39,721 nt of DNA, from NCBI GenBank assembly GCA_016180865.1, contig JACPAJ010000013.1, positions 1 to 39,721 on the forward strand. The letters are read 5' to 3'. Of the stretch, positions 1 through 8,676 are shown one piece after another. Origin of the DNA: Deltaproteobacteria bacterium (GTDB taxonomy: Bacteria; UBA10199; GCA-002796325; 1-14-0-20-49-13). The translations under genes were made by a program, and so were the position numbers. The notes beneath the pieces are model-generated. The model was not told the DNA's origin, ran no database searches, and saw only the letters and a list, made by a program, of their open reading frames with translations. Position 1 is the stretch's first letter; each line of letters starts with the position of its first letter.

Positions 1-1
1 G

Positions 2-1069
2 TTTGAGATAGAAGAGCTTATAGCCGTGATAGAAAAGCTGACGCGCACGCAGGAAGTAAGAAAAAGGCATAACGCGCTTTTGGAAGATGTATGCGGAACA
101 AACGCAGCGACGCGGTTTTTAGGAAATAGTCCTGCATTTTGCGAGCTTTTAAATACGGCCAGCCGGTTAAGAGGGCATAACGCAAACATATTAATAGAAG
201 GCGAAAGCGGAACCGGCAAAGAGCTTTTGGCAAAATATATACATAGCTTGGAGCGGGACATCCATCGGCCGTTCGTTGCTGTAAATTGCGCCGGAATACC
301 CGATACGCTAATGGAATCGGAGCTGTTTGGGTATGAAAAAGGCGCGTTTACCGGCGCGGTATGCAGAAAGATCGGCAAGTTTGAGTTTGCTAATAACGGA
401 GATATATTTTTAGACGAGATAAGCACGCTTAAGCCTGAACTGCAGGCAAAGCTTCTGCGCGTATTGCAGGAGAGAGAGGTAACTAGGCTAGGCGGAAACA
501 GCGTTATAAGGATAAATTTTAGAGTTATAGCGGCAACCAACCAGAATTTAGAGAAGATGGTGGAAGCCGGCCTGTTCAGGGCCGATTTGTATCATCGTTT
601 GGCGGTTGTTCATTTAAACGTGCCGCCGCTAAGGGAAAGGATCGACGACATACCCTTTTTAGCTAAACATTTTTTGGATAAATATAAGAGAGGGGATAAA
701 GCCAAAGAGATAACGTCTAAGGCGCTGAGCGCATTAAAAGACTATATTTGGCCCGGGAACGTCCGTGAGCTGGAGAATTTAATGCACAGTTTGACTGTTA
801 TGGTGCCGGAGCAGATAATAGACGAAGACGATTTGGCTGAACTGCGTAGCAAGAATCCTTATAGATATAAGACTAAGATGGAAGAAGACGGCAGAATATC
901 GAATTTAGCGCTGGATGAATATGTGGATACGCTGGCGCGTGATTATATAAAGCGGGTTTTAAGGATAAGCAAAGGGAATAAAACTGCCGCGGCAGAAAAG
1001 CTGAAGGTCAGCCGGTCGACGTTTTATAATCGCTGCAAGGAGCTTGGCATACCGCTGGAGAGGGAATAA
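2..1069 (+). CDS. Sigma-54-dependent transcriptional activator (NtrC family; AAA+ plus Fis HTH), 5'-truncated by the window edge
   Basis: Walker A GESGTGKE, ESELFGYEKGAFTGA, FLDEI, WPGNVREL and C-terminal HTH GNKTAAAEKLKVSRSTFY. The frame is open to the window start (FEIEELIAVIEK), which looks like the end of a receiver domain. Confidence 0.95.
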   Translation, partial: FEIEELIAVIEKLTRTQEVRKRHNALLEDVCGTNAATRFLGNSPAFCELLNTASRLRGHNANILIEGESGTGKELLAKYIHSLERDIHRPFVAVNCAGIPDTLMESELFGYEKGAFTGAVCRKIGKFEFANNGDIFLDEISTLKPELQAKLLRVLQEREVTRLGGNSVIRINFRVIAATNQNLEKMVEAGLFRADLYHRLAVVHLNVPPLRERIDDIPFLAKHFLDKYKRGDKAKEITSKALSALKDYIWPGNVRELENLMHSLTVMVPEQIIDEDDLAELRSKNPYRYKTKMEEDGRISNLALDEYVDTLARDYIKRVLRISKGNKTAAAEKLKVSRSTFYNRCKELGIPLERE

Positions 1070-1073
1070 GGCC

Positions 1074-1271
1074 ATGAACGAATACGAAATAGGCATAAAA
1101 AAGCTTTTGCATGACATAAATAGTTCGCTGACGCCGTTAATCGGATTTTTGCGCGAAGTGGAGGCCAAAATAAGCAATAATCCCGATCTCTCCAAATATC
1201 ATGCCCTCGCAAAAAAAAGCGCGGAGAAGATTAAAAAGGCTATTTCGGAAGAAGGGAAGATGAAGAGATGA
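1074..1271 (+). CDS. Small stand-alone HisKA/DHp-like protein (65 aa)
   Basis: ATG at 1074 follows GGAGAGGG. LLHDINSSLTPLIGFL resembles an H-box helix. The stop overlaps the next ATG (ATGA). Confidence 0.6.
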   Translation: MNEYEIGIKKLLHDINSSLTPLIGFLREVEAKISNNPDLSKYHALAKKSAEKIKKAISEEGKMKR

Positions 1272-2014
1272 CACCCGCAGGCGTCAAAATTCTTGGCGTG
1301 TATAATAGCATTGAGATAATGCATATATCCAAGCCGGAGGATTCTCTGCTATCGGATCCTCAATTAAAAAGTAAAATACTTACTGAATGTAGGGAAGTGC
1401 AACTGGAGGTTTGGAATCCCAAAATGTCAATAGAAGAAAATACCATTAAAAATAGTGGATTAACTCTTTTGTCGCACGCCGGTAATTTTATTGGATTTAT
1501 CTCATATCAGGTCTTGCAATGTTCCAATTCACATATTCTATATTTTCATGACTTGATGATAAAAAAATCTTTTCAAAGTTTAGGGCTTTTTCGGACAGCG
1601 TTAATGATGTCTATCGTCTGCGCCTCTCAAGATTATAAGATGGATGAATTTACCGGTATGACGATTACGTACAATGCGAGGGTGATTAAGAGCTTATATT
1701 TCAAGCCGCATATTTTTAAAAATATCTCATTTCCGACGCCATCAAATAAGCACAAGATGCTGTTAAGAGAGCATGGAAGCCATTTTTTTGACCCAAGAGA
1801 ATTAGATATAGAAAACGGAATAGTAAGAAAAATGTGGCTGCAATCCAAGAAAGACGGCCAACATATAAATGATAATAGCGAACTTTCGATATTGACTGGC
1901 ACATATCTGAATCCCGTTGATGGAGACAGCATAGTACTATTATTTGATATTGATGAAAAGTCCATTGAACATATAAATAATTTTTTAAAGGAAAGGGTTG
2001 GTCAAACGCCATGA
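1268..2014 (+). CDS. GNAT-fold acyltransferase-like protein
   Basis: FIGFISY...ILYFHDLMIKKSFQSLGLFR resembles GNAT beta3-beta4 and motif A (Q/RxxGxG). Translationally coupled on both sides. Confidence 0.6.
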   Translation: MTPAGVKILGVYNSIEIMHISKPEDSLLSDPQLKSKILTECREVQLEVWNPKMSIEENTIKNSGLTLLSHAGNFIGFISYQVLQCSNSHILYFHDLMIKKSFQSLGLFRTALMMSIVCASQDYKMDEFTGMTITYNARVIKSLYFKPHIFKNISFPTPSNKHKMLLREHGSHFFDPRELDIENGIVRKMWLQSKKDGQHINDNSELSILTGTYLNPVDGDSIVLLFDIDEKSIEHINNFLKERVGQTP

Positions 2015-3594
2015 AAAGAAATGTAGCCATGTTTGCAGTTGTTATCATGGCGGTAGGTGCTGTGGGCTTTTTATTATGCGGAAGTTATTTTAAGGGAGAT
2101 TCTCTGCCAAAAAATCCAACTATCGGCAATAGTATTTATTATATGCCATTGGAGGATCGCGTTCAAACACTTAACCCGCGTGAAGTGCGGTTCAGATCCG
2201 ATTATCAAATAATGAAAGCTATATATGATCAGTTTATAGGGATTAGTCGTGACGGTTATGTTGCGCCGCGTGTTTGCTATCGCTGGGAAATTTCTGATGA
2301 TTTTAAGCGATACACCTTCTACTTAAAGGATGGTGTGTTTTTTCACGACGGTAAAAAGTTGACATCACGCGATATTCTTTTTTCATTTCATTATGCAGGC
2401 AAAAACCCAACGATATTATATAAACTATTTACCGATATTGATGGCTACGAAGAATATTACAGAGGGAAAGCAGATCATATAAGTGGCATAAAAATCATCG
2501 ACGATTATACAATTCAGATAACACTAAAAGACTCCAAACCAATCTTTTTATATAAGCTTTCCGATCCAAGATTTGTTATTCTACCGGAAAACTTTCATGG
2601 CATCGATGAGGCGGATTTTTTTAAGATGCCGATTGGCGCAGGTCCATATATGCTCAAATTTTGGGATGAAAATAAAATAGTGATTTCAAGATTTGATAAT
2701 TACTATGGGCAAAAAGGGTACATAAAAGAATTTCACATTATCCCTATGGAACGGCAGGATGTAATTAAAACATTTGAAAATGGCAAAATTTTTAATTTAC
2801 CATATTCATTAAATATTAAGACTAGTGAAATAAATAGGACTGATATTGCTTTTCAACGTGCCGATATGATTGGCGTACACATGTTATTTTTTAATAATCA
2901 AAAATATCCATTGACAAATAAATTTGTGCGTTTGGCAATAAGAGCCGCTATAGACAGAGATAGATTAGTCGAAAAATGTTATCCGGAGAATGAAGTTGCT
3001 TCCGGAATAATACCAACTGGACTTGTTGGTTCTGCAAATTCACGTGGCGAATTCTATGATTTGAATAATTCCGTTGAATATTATCTAAACAAAGCAGGAC
3101 TTAAGACTAAGGACTTGCCGCTAATGCATGTGATTCGTTTTAAGGAAACACAAGATAACTGTTTTAAACCCACCATTGAGAAGATGTTTAAGAACGCAAA
3201 GCTCCCGATTACTGTTGAAATTTTGTCATATGAGGATGGCATGAAGCTTTTTTCCGATAATGATTATCATATTTTGTCGGAATGGATAACTGTAAGAAAC
3301 CTTGAACCGCTAAATATAATTCATTTCTTTGATGGCAGATCCACACAAAATCTGGCAAAGATTGATGATATAGATATTAACAAATTGATCGATCTTGCAG
3401 AAGGTGCAAGATCCAGAGCATCGAGAGCGGCAATTTACAAGGAAATTAGCGATCATATCGTCAGAAAAGCATATGTCGTAGACATGGATTATCTTCGCAG
3501 AGATTTCATTTACGATCAGCGTGTTAGGGGGCCTTCAATTCCTGATCCAATAAGTCAATTAGTAGGGTTCAATGAGATATGGTTGGAGGACTGA
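2011..3594 (+). CDS. Family 5 (OppA/DppA-like) solute-binding protein with no cognate permease or ATPase in the window
   Basis: N-terminal hydrophobic anchor, WEISDDFKRYTFYLKDGVFFHDGKKLTSRD, PIGAGPY and VRLAIRAAIDR are SBP_bac_5 signatures. Confidence 0.92.
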   Translation: MKRNVAMFAVVIMAVGAVGFLLCGSYFKGDSLPKNPTIGNSIYYMPLEDRVQTLNPREVRFRSDYQIMKAIYDQFIGISRDGYVAPRVCYRWEISDDFKRYTFYLKDGVFFHDGKKLTSRDILFSFHYAGKNPTILYKLFTDIDGYEEYYRGKADHISGIKIIDDYTIQITLKDSKPIFLYKLSDPRFVILPENFHGIDEADFFKMPIGAGPYMLKFWDENKIVISRFDNYYGQKGYIKEFHIIPMERQDVIKTFENGKIFNLPYSLNIKTSEINRTDIAFQRADMIGVHMLFFNNQKYPLTNKFVRLAIRAAIDRDRLVEKCYPENEVASGIIPTGLVGSANSRGEFYDLNNSVEYYLNKAGLKTKDLPLMHVIRFKETQDNCFKPTIEKMFKNAKLPITVEILSYEDGMKLFSDNDYHILSEWITVRNLEPLNIIHFFDGRSTQNLAKIDDIDINKLIDLAEGARSRASRAAIYKEISDHIVRKAYVVDMDYLRRDFIYDQRVRGPSIPDPISQLVGFNEIWLED

Positions 3595-4847
3595 TGGTGG
3601 ATATCAAAACCCGCATTTATCATAAGTTGGATAATATACCTCAATTAGAGTGGGATTGCCTAGCCAAAGGCTCTTCGATTTTCTACAATTATGGTTGGTT
3701 CAAAACGTTTGAACACGAGTTGTCAAATGAACCTGTTTATATAACAGCATATGCCGGTAAACGCCTGCTAGGTATATTGCCTGCTTTTATAGTGCGCGAT
3801 CCTAATACGTATGTATACCACAATCCACGTGACGTTATATTTTCCGACGATTTTTTGTTGCAAGCGGCCAATTTCGGAAGGGCTCATGTTTTAGTGCGAG
3901 CTTTTAAAAAGCTGAACAAGCGGATACATCCCATTCTTAATAAGATATTTTTCCCGGCATTGGTGTGTGTATCTCCCCTTGGATATGAAAGTGATCTATT
4001 GGTTGATAGAACGGATGTTTATCACAATGATATTGTTGTTCATTTGCTCAATGAAGCAGAACAAGTGGCTCAATCGCATAGAATACGAAGTGTAATGTTT
4101 TTGTGGGCACACAATACAAATACTATGCTTACAAAAAAACTGTATGAACACAAATATCTGGGTTCATATGGAAAACCAACATTTATAATGCCGGTAAAAT
4201 GGAGTTCGTTTGATGGCTATTTGTCAGATTTTAATTCCAACAGAAAATACTCCATTAATAAAGAAATAAAACACTTTGCCAAAACTGGCATTAGCCTTGA
4301 ATGTTGCCATAATCAAGAAATGAGTGCCAGCTTAGATAAGGTTGCGGCCCTCGTTAAAGAGCTTATGCAGAGACATGGGTATGAAATTTCCTTTGATAAA
4401 CAATTTAATAGAATAAAGGATTTATATCACAATTTGCCAAATGAGACGGTTACTTACCTCGCTAAAATAGATAATAAAATAATAGGTTACCTTCTTTCTT
4501 TTGTCAAAAATGGAATCTGTTATCCTAAATTACTTGGCTTTGATAATAACTTCACATCAGGAACATTTACGTATTTTAATATATTTTTTTATAACCTAAT
4601 CAAATCTGTAATAGAAACCGGTAAAATAAAACAAATTTACTATGGTTTTGCTTCTGAAGAGGCAAAATTTAAAAGAGGTTGTCAATCTTATAATGCCTAC
4701 AATTACTATAAGTTAATGAATTCCACTTGGCATTGCCTACTTGATAAATTTCTTAAACATTACAATAAAGCTAGAAAAAACTATTATAAGTCAAAATATG
4801 GGCATCTGGTTTTAGAAAAAGAAAATAGCTTTTTGAACAGCGAATAA
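3594..4847 (+). CDS. FemAB/BioF2-like double-GNAT acyl- or aminoacyltransferase
   Basis: W...FYNYGWFKTFE, WSSFDGYLSDFNSNRKYSINKE, LGFD, YFNIFFY and EAKFKRG match the FemAB-like/Acetyltransf_6 pattern. GGAGGA precedes ATG 3594, which overlaps the upstream stop. Confidence 0.8.
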   Translation: MVDIKTRIYHKLDNIPQLEWDCLAKGSSIFYNYGWFKTFEHELSNEPVYITAYAGKRLLGILPAFIVRDPNTYVYHNPRDVIFSDDFLLQAANFGRAHVLVRAFKKLNKRIHPILNKIFFPALVCVSPLGYESDLLVDRTDVYHNDIVVHLLNEAEQVAQSHRIRSVMFLWAHNTNTMLTKKLYEHKYLGSYGKPTFIMPVKWSSFDGYLSDFNSNRKYSINKEIKHFAKTGISLECCHNQEMSASLDKVAALVKELMQRHGYEISFDKQFNRIKDLYHNLPNETVTYLAKIDNKIIGYLLSFVKNGICYPKLLGFDNNFTSGTFTYFNIFFYNLIKSVIETGKIKQIYYGFASEEAKFKRGCQSYNAYNYYKLMNSTWHCLLDKFLKHYNKARKNYYKSKYGHLVLEKENSFLNSE

Positions 4848-4854
4848 AAAATAT

Positions 4855-7611
4855 ATGGCAAAGAAAAAAATGCTTTTGCATGTGATTTTATCGAATGAGC
4901 TGAAATACTTTGTAATAGTTTTTATGGCGTCCACAGCACTTATTTTGCTGGCAATTTCCGATTCCATTAATAAATATGGTAAAGCTTCAAATGAAGCCAC
5001 TATCAAGCAGACAACCGCCGCAATTTTGACATATTTACAGGAAGGCAATTATTACTCTTTAAAACATAACCTTGATCAGTTAACCTCCTCAGAGGTTCTA
5101 AAAAATGCAGTAGTGTTCGATCACCACGGCAAAAAATTTAGTGAAAGCGGAACTAATACAACCACTTTAGGAAAAATCAAAATTGATCAATCGTTGCCTC
5201 AAAAGCCAAACGAACTCAGTTATCAAAAAATCGGCACGCGTGAAATTATAGTTGCACATATTTATGATTCTGAGGGTGTTTTATGGGGTATCTTGGCTGT
5301 GGAAGCCAATAACGCTTTATCGTACTATCTTTTGAAAAATGTCTCTATAATTTTACTGATAAGCGCTGTCTTGCTGCTATTTTTGCATACTATGGTGAGT
5401 TATAAAGTAGTTTCTAAAGCGATTATGCCTTTGCGATTATTGACAAATGAGGTTGATAGCATCTCTACAAGTATACAGAATACCAGTAAAAATGGTTTTC
5501 ATCTTGATAGCAATATGATGACATACATTGAATCTCTATCTTTGAAGCTTAATCAGTTTACTGATGAAAAAGAGGAAATTCAAATTTTGATGTTTTCTTT
5601 CCGCAAATTATTGGAGGTCTTGATTACTTATTGGAGGCTTACCATTCAAAATAAATCCCTTGCCTCCATCGGCTCCTCTACGGCGATGGTGGCGCACGAT
5701 GTAAGAAAGCCTTTGACGAGCATGAAGGCGCTGCTGACGAGCTTGCCTGCGATAAAGGATAATCCGGCGGAACTGAAGAAGATGATATCGGTTGTGGACG
5801 GGAGCATAGTTCATACAAACGCCATGCTGAACGAGATACTGGATTTTTCGCGGGATTCTACGGCTTTGGAATTAAATGAGCACGATCCCGTAGGAGTGAT
5901 AACATCTGCTTTAAGCGATGTGCTTAGGAATCATCCTGGGAGCGATGTTAGAATAGAATATGATTTAAAGCACGCGCACGTGCTGCATGTGGACGGCAAT
6001 CGCATAATCAGAGTGCTTACGAATATAATAGACAACGCTCTAAGCGCGATGACGAACGGAGATGGCAAAGCGGTTGGGAGATTGCGGGTGAGGACGGAAG
6101 AGAAATCAGCAATCAATGCCCCCTCACCCTATCCCTCTCCCTCGAGGGGAGAGGGGAAGGGAGAGGGTGATAATATCATACGGATTATCATCTCCGATTC
6201 CGGACCCGGAATACCTGAAGACGCTTTGCCAAGGCTATTCGATCCATTTTTCACATTTGGGAAGAAGGGCGGCACGGGCTTAGGGCTAGCAATCTGCAAG
6301 AAAGTAATAGATATGCACGGGGGGAAGATAGAGGCGAGGAATGCATGTCATCCTTCAACGACCTGTCATCCCCGTGAAAACGGGGATCCAGAGTGTATGC
6401 ATGAGATTCCTGCTTTCGCAGGAATGACAGAGCACGGCGCTGAATTCATCATCGAGCTTCCGGCCGGCGAAAAAACCGCCGCAATAAACGAGTCAGAGCT
6501 GATAAATGATTCCAGCGAGCTAAAGGCATTTCGCGAAGAGGAGGCTCTGCGGGAGGATAGCGGGGGCGACATAGCCAACACGGCGGAGTTTATGCGAATA
6601 AATAAGGAGCGCGGGCGGTTATCCCGCATGCTGATAGTAGATGACGAGCCTTTGTTCAGAGAAACGATACGATATATGCTCAACGGTTTAGATCAGGTAA
6701 AAGACCATATAAGAGTAGTTGAAGTCGATAGCGCTGAGAAAGGGCTGGAGATGCTGGCTGGAGCAGGAGATCCTTCGGCCGCGCCTCAGGATGACAGGCC
6801 AATTTTTGACTACGTTATAGCCGACATAGATTTAGGCAAGCGGAAGATGAACGGATATGATTTTACGCAGGAGATATTAAAGAAATATCCAAATACATAC
6901 GTGCTGATACATTCAAATAAGCGGAAAGAGGAGCTGGATATAGAGATTCGCGTCATTGCGAGCGCAGCGAAGCAATCTCCCGAACCGAGTTGTATGCGGG
7001 AGATTGCTTCGTCGTCCCTCGATGGCCTCGGGACTCCTCGCAATGACATACAGCCCCGCTTCCTTGGCTTTCTCCCCAAGCCGATGAAGGCATCTGAGTT
7101 ATTGCAGTTTTTGGCTTGCAGGAGCTTTGAGATGGCGCAGCCACATGGCGGTGTCATTGCGAGCCGAGCACTCAATCCTTTGAGTGCTTCGGCGTGGCAA
7201 TCTCCCGAACACAATTGTATGCACGGGATTGCTTCGTCGCCTCCGGCTCCTCGCAATGACAAGAAGAATGTTCTTCTATTGAATGACGATGAAGGATTGA
7301 ATTTCAGCATAGGGATGACGTTGAAATCGCAGAATATGCATGTGACGGATGTAACGAGCGTTAAAGACGCGCTTCAAAAGTTAGCAAAGAACAAGTTTGA
7401 CATGATTATATCCGATATAAACTTGGGCGAAGGTCAGCCGAACGGATATGATTTTTTGAAAGAGGTGCGTAAAACCGAAAGCAGCGTTCCCTTTATCTTC
7501 GCATCCGGCTACAGCAAGGCCGAAGAATGGCCCAAAGCCTCCGCTGCAGGCGCAACCGCTTATCTTCAGCTCCCGATTGACCTAAAAGAAATGGTGGAAG
7601 TTTTTAGTTAA
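4855..7611 (+). CDS. Membrane hybrid sensor histidine kinase (2 TM, HisKA, HATPase, two receiver domains) with in-frame palindromic insertions
   Basis: H-box AHDVRKP, N-box NIIDNA, DSGPGI, FDPFFT, GTGLGL. REC1 LIVDDE...DIDLG...PKP; REC2 LLNDD...DINLG. Confidence 0.93.
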   Translation: MAKKKMLLHVILSNELKYFVIVFMASTALILLAISDSINKYGKASNEATIKQTTAAILTYLQEGNYYSLKHNLDQLTSSEVLKNAVVFDHHGKKFSESGTNTTTLGKIKIDQSLPQKPNELSYQKIGTREIIVAHIYDSEGVLWGILAVEANNALSYYLLKNVSIILLISAVLLLFLHTMVSYKVVSKAIMPLRLLTNEVDSISTSIQNTSKNGFHLDSNMMTYIESLSLKLNQFTDEKEEIQILMFSFRKLLEVLITYWRLTIQNKSLASIGSSTAMVAHDVRKPLTSMKALLTSLPAIKDNPAELKKMISVVDGSIVHTNAMLNEILDFSRDSTALELNEHDPVGVITSALSDVLRNHPGSDVRIEYDLKHAHVLHVDGNRIIRVLTNIIDNALSAMTNGDGKAVGRLRVRTEEKSAINAPSPYPSPSRGEGKGEGDNIIRIIISDSGPGIPEDALPRLFDPFFTFGKKGGTGLGLAICKKVIDMHGGKIEARNACHPSTTCHPRENGDPECMHEIPAFAGMTEHGAEFIIELPAGEKTAAINESELINDSSELKAFREEEALREDSGGDIANTAEFMRINKERGRLSRMLIVDDEPLFRETIRYMLNGLDQVKDHIRVVEVDSAEKGLEMLAGAGDPSAAPQDDRPIFDYVIADIDLGKRKMNGYDFTQEILKKYPNTYVLIHSNKRKEELDIEIRVIASAAKQSPEPSCMREIASSSLDGLGTPRNDIQPRFLGFLPKPMKASELLQFLACRSFEMAQPHGGVIASRALNPLSASAWQSPEHNCMHGIASSPPAPRNDKKNVLLLNDDEGLNFSIGMTLKSQNMHVTDVTSVKDALQKLAKNKFDMIISDINLGEGQPNGYDFLKEVRKTESSVPFIFASGYSKAEEWPKASAAGATAYLQLPIDLKEMVEVFS
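6118..6170. repeat. Palindromic REP/RPE-like element 1 (CCCTCTCCC/GGGAGAGGG type), in frame in the kinase
   Basis: CCCTCTCCC 6133-6141 pairs with GGGAGAGGG 6147-6155. TCACCCT 6124-6130 pairs with AGGGTGA 6164-6170. Encodes APSPYPSPSRGEGKGEG. Confidence 0.85.
6363..6430. repeat. Palindromic REP/RPE-like element 2 (GTCATCCCCG...GGAATGAC type)
   Basis: Terminal inverted repeat CTGTCAT/ATGACAG with internal hairpins ATCCCCG-TGAAAA-CGGGGAT and ATTCCTGC-TTTC-GCAGGAAT. A partial TGTCATCC copy precedes it at 6346. Encodes CHPRENGDPECMHEIPAFAGMT. Confidence 0.9.
6767..6796. repeat. Half palindromic element 3 (GAGATCCTTCG...CTCAGGATGAC type)
   Basis: GAGATCCTTCGGCCGCGCCTCAGGATGACA encodes the insert GDPSAAPQDDR in REC1 and ends in the same ATGAC terminus as the other elements. 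Confidence 0.7.
6952..7047. repeat. Palindromic element 4 (GTCATTGCGAG...CTCGCAATGAC type)
   Basis: 11-bp terminal inverted repeat 6952-6962/7037-7047. Perfect 15-bp inner inverted repeat CGAAGCAATCTCCCG 6968-6982 / CGGGAGATTGCTTCG 6997-7011. Confidence 0.92.
7152..7261. repeat. Palindromic element 5 (same family as element 4) with a nested extra hairpin
   Basis: TGTCATTGCGAG 7152-7163 pairs with CTCGCAATGACA 7250-7261. Nested hairpin GCCGAGCACTCAA-TCCT-TTGAGTGCTTCGGC at 7163-7193. Confidence 0.92.
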
Positions 7612-7739
7612 GACGTGTGGTGAGGATACCCCATTTTTATGGGTTTTCTGCGACGCTCACGATAGTCGGATAAACACACAGACAACTAACCGAAATTCCA
7701 CAATAATTATAAAAAAAGAACTTATCATTTTTAAGTTGA

Positions 7740-7756
7740 TTGGCACGTTTTATGCT
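7740..7756 (+). promoter_or_regulatory. Sigma-54 (-24/-12) promoter
   Basis: TTGGCACGTTTTATGCT has GG at 7742-43 and GC at 7754-55 with exact 10-nt spacing (consensus TGGCACG-N4-TTGC). It follows an AT-rich tract, and a sigma-54 activator is in the same locus. Confidence 0.85.
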
Positions 7757-7770
7757 TTGTTATTGGTTTC

Positions 7771-8607
7771 ATGAAAGAGGCATTTAAAACAATTGATAGA
7801 ATAGCGCACGATATGGCCTCATCCATCATGGCGATCCGTTTCTTTCTTAATAAGTTATTGAATTTCGATCCAACAGCTAAACTTGAAGAGTTGAGAGACA
7901 GCTTAAGAGAGTCTTTGAGAAATATAAAAGATGATGCAAAACTCAATTCAATTATCAGAGAAATCTCGGAAAGCATGCGCTCAGAAATTCAATTTATAGA
8001 AAAAGCGGCCGCATCGATACAAAAGGCGGACGATGAAACTATAGAAAGGCTCTGTGCCGCAAAACGATCGATAGATAAGATTAAGGCAATGGCCGACAAT
8101 CTTAAGAAAGCCGGCGAATGCAAAGAGGCGTTAAGCTGCCAAACATCCGTCGCCAGAATCATTAAAGGAACAATTGAGGAGCTTCGGCCGGTATTGGGCG
8201 AAAAAAATATTTCGCTCGATTTTATTTATAATGCCGAGGTGATTGTAAATATTGATGAATCAACTATTAACCGCGTTATCAGCAATATGATAGTAAATGC
8301 GTCCGAAGCCATGAGTGAAGGAGATATAGCCGTTCATCTTCATACGCACGAAGATGTGATAAGAATAGAAGTTGTAGATAACGGAAAAGGAATTCTGGAC
8401 AGGATTGCCCCGAAGATATTCAAACAGGGTTTTACATTCGGCAAAAAAGACGGAACCGGAACCGGCCTTGCATTTTGCGAAGAGGCTGTAAATTCACATG
8501 GAGGCCGATTAGCGGTTCATAGCAGATCAAAACAGGGATCTATTTTTGCCGTAAGCCTGCCCGCCAAAAGAGAAACGCCCACGCTGGATGAAGATTCGGT
8601 TGAATAA
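7771..8607 (+). CDS. Cytoplasmic histidine kinase with no sensor domain (HisKA-HATPase)
   Basis: IAHDMASS H-box at residue 13, NMIVNASEA, DNGKGI, GFTFGKKDGTGTGLA. Confidence 0.88.
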   Translation: MKEAFKTIDRIAHDMASSIMAIRFFLNKLLNFDPTAKLEELRDSLRESLRNIKDDAKLNSIIREISESMRSEIQFIEKAAASIQKADDETIERLCAAKRSIDKIKAMADNLKKAGECKEALSCQTSVARIIKGTIEELRPVLGEKNISLDFIYNAEVIVNIDESTINRVISNMIVNASEAMSEGDIAVHLHTHEDVIRIEVVDNGKGILDRIAPKIFKQGFTFGKKDGTGTGLAFCEEAVNSHGGRLAVHSRSKQGSIFAVSLPAKRETPTLDEDSVE

Positions 8608-8676
8608 CCGCCCATTATTTTTTTGACAAAGCCGCCGTTATTAAGCTAAGCTTCTTCTCAGAAAGGATAAAAATAT

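Noticed and set aside
6118-7261. CRISPR array or IS element
   Set aside because: The repeats are non-identical, irregularly spaced and inside an intact ORF, with no cas or transposase gene.
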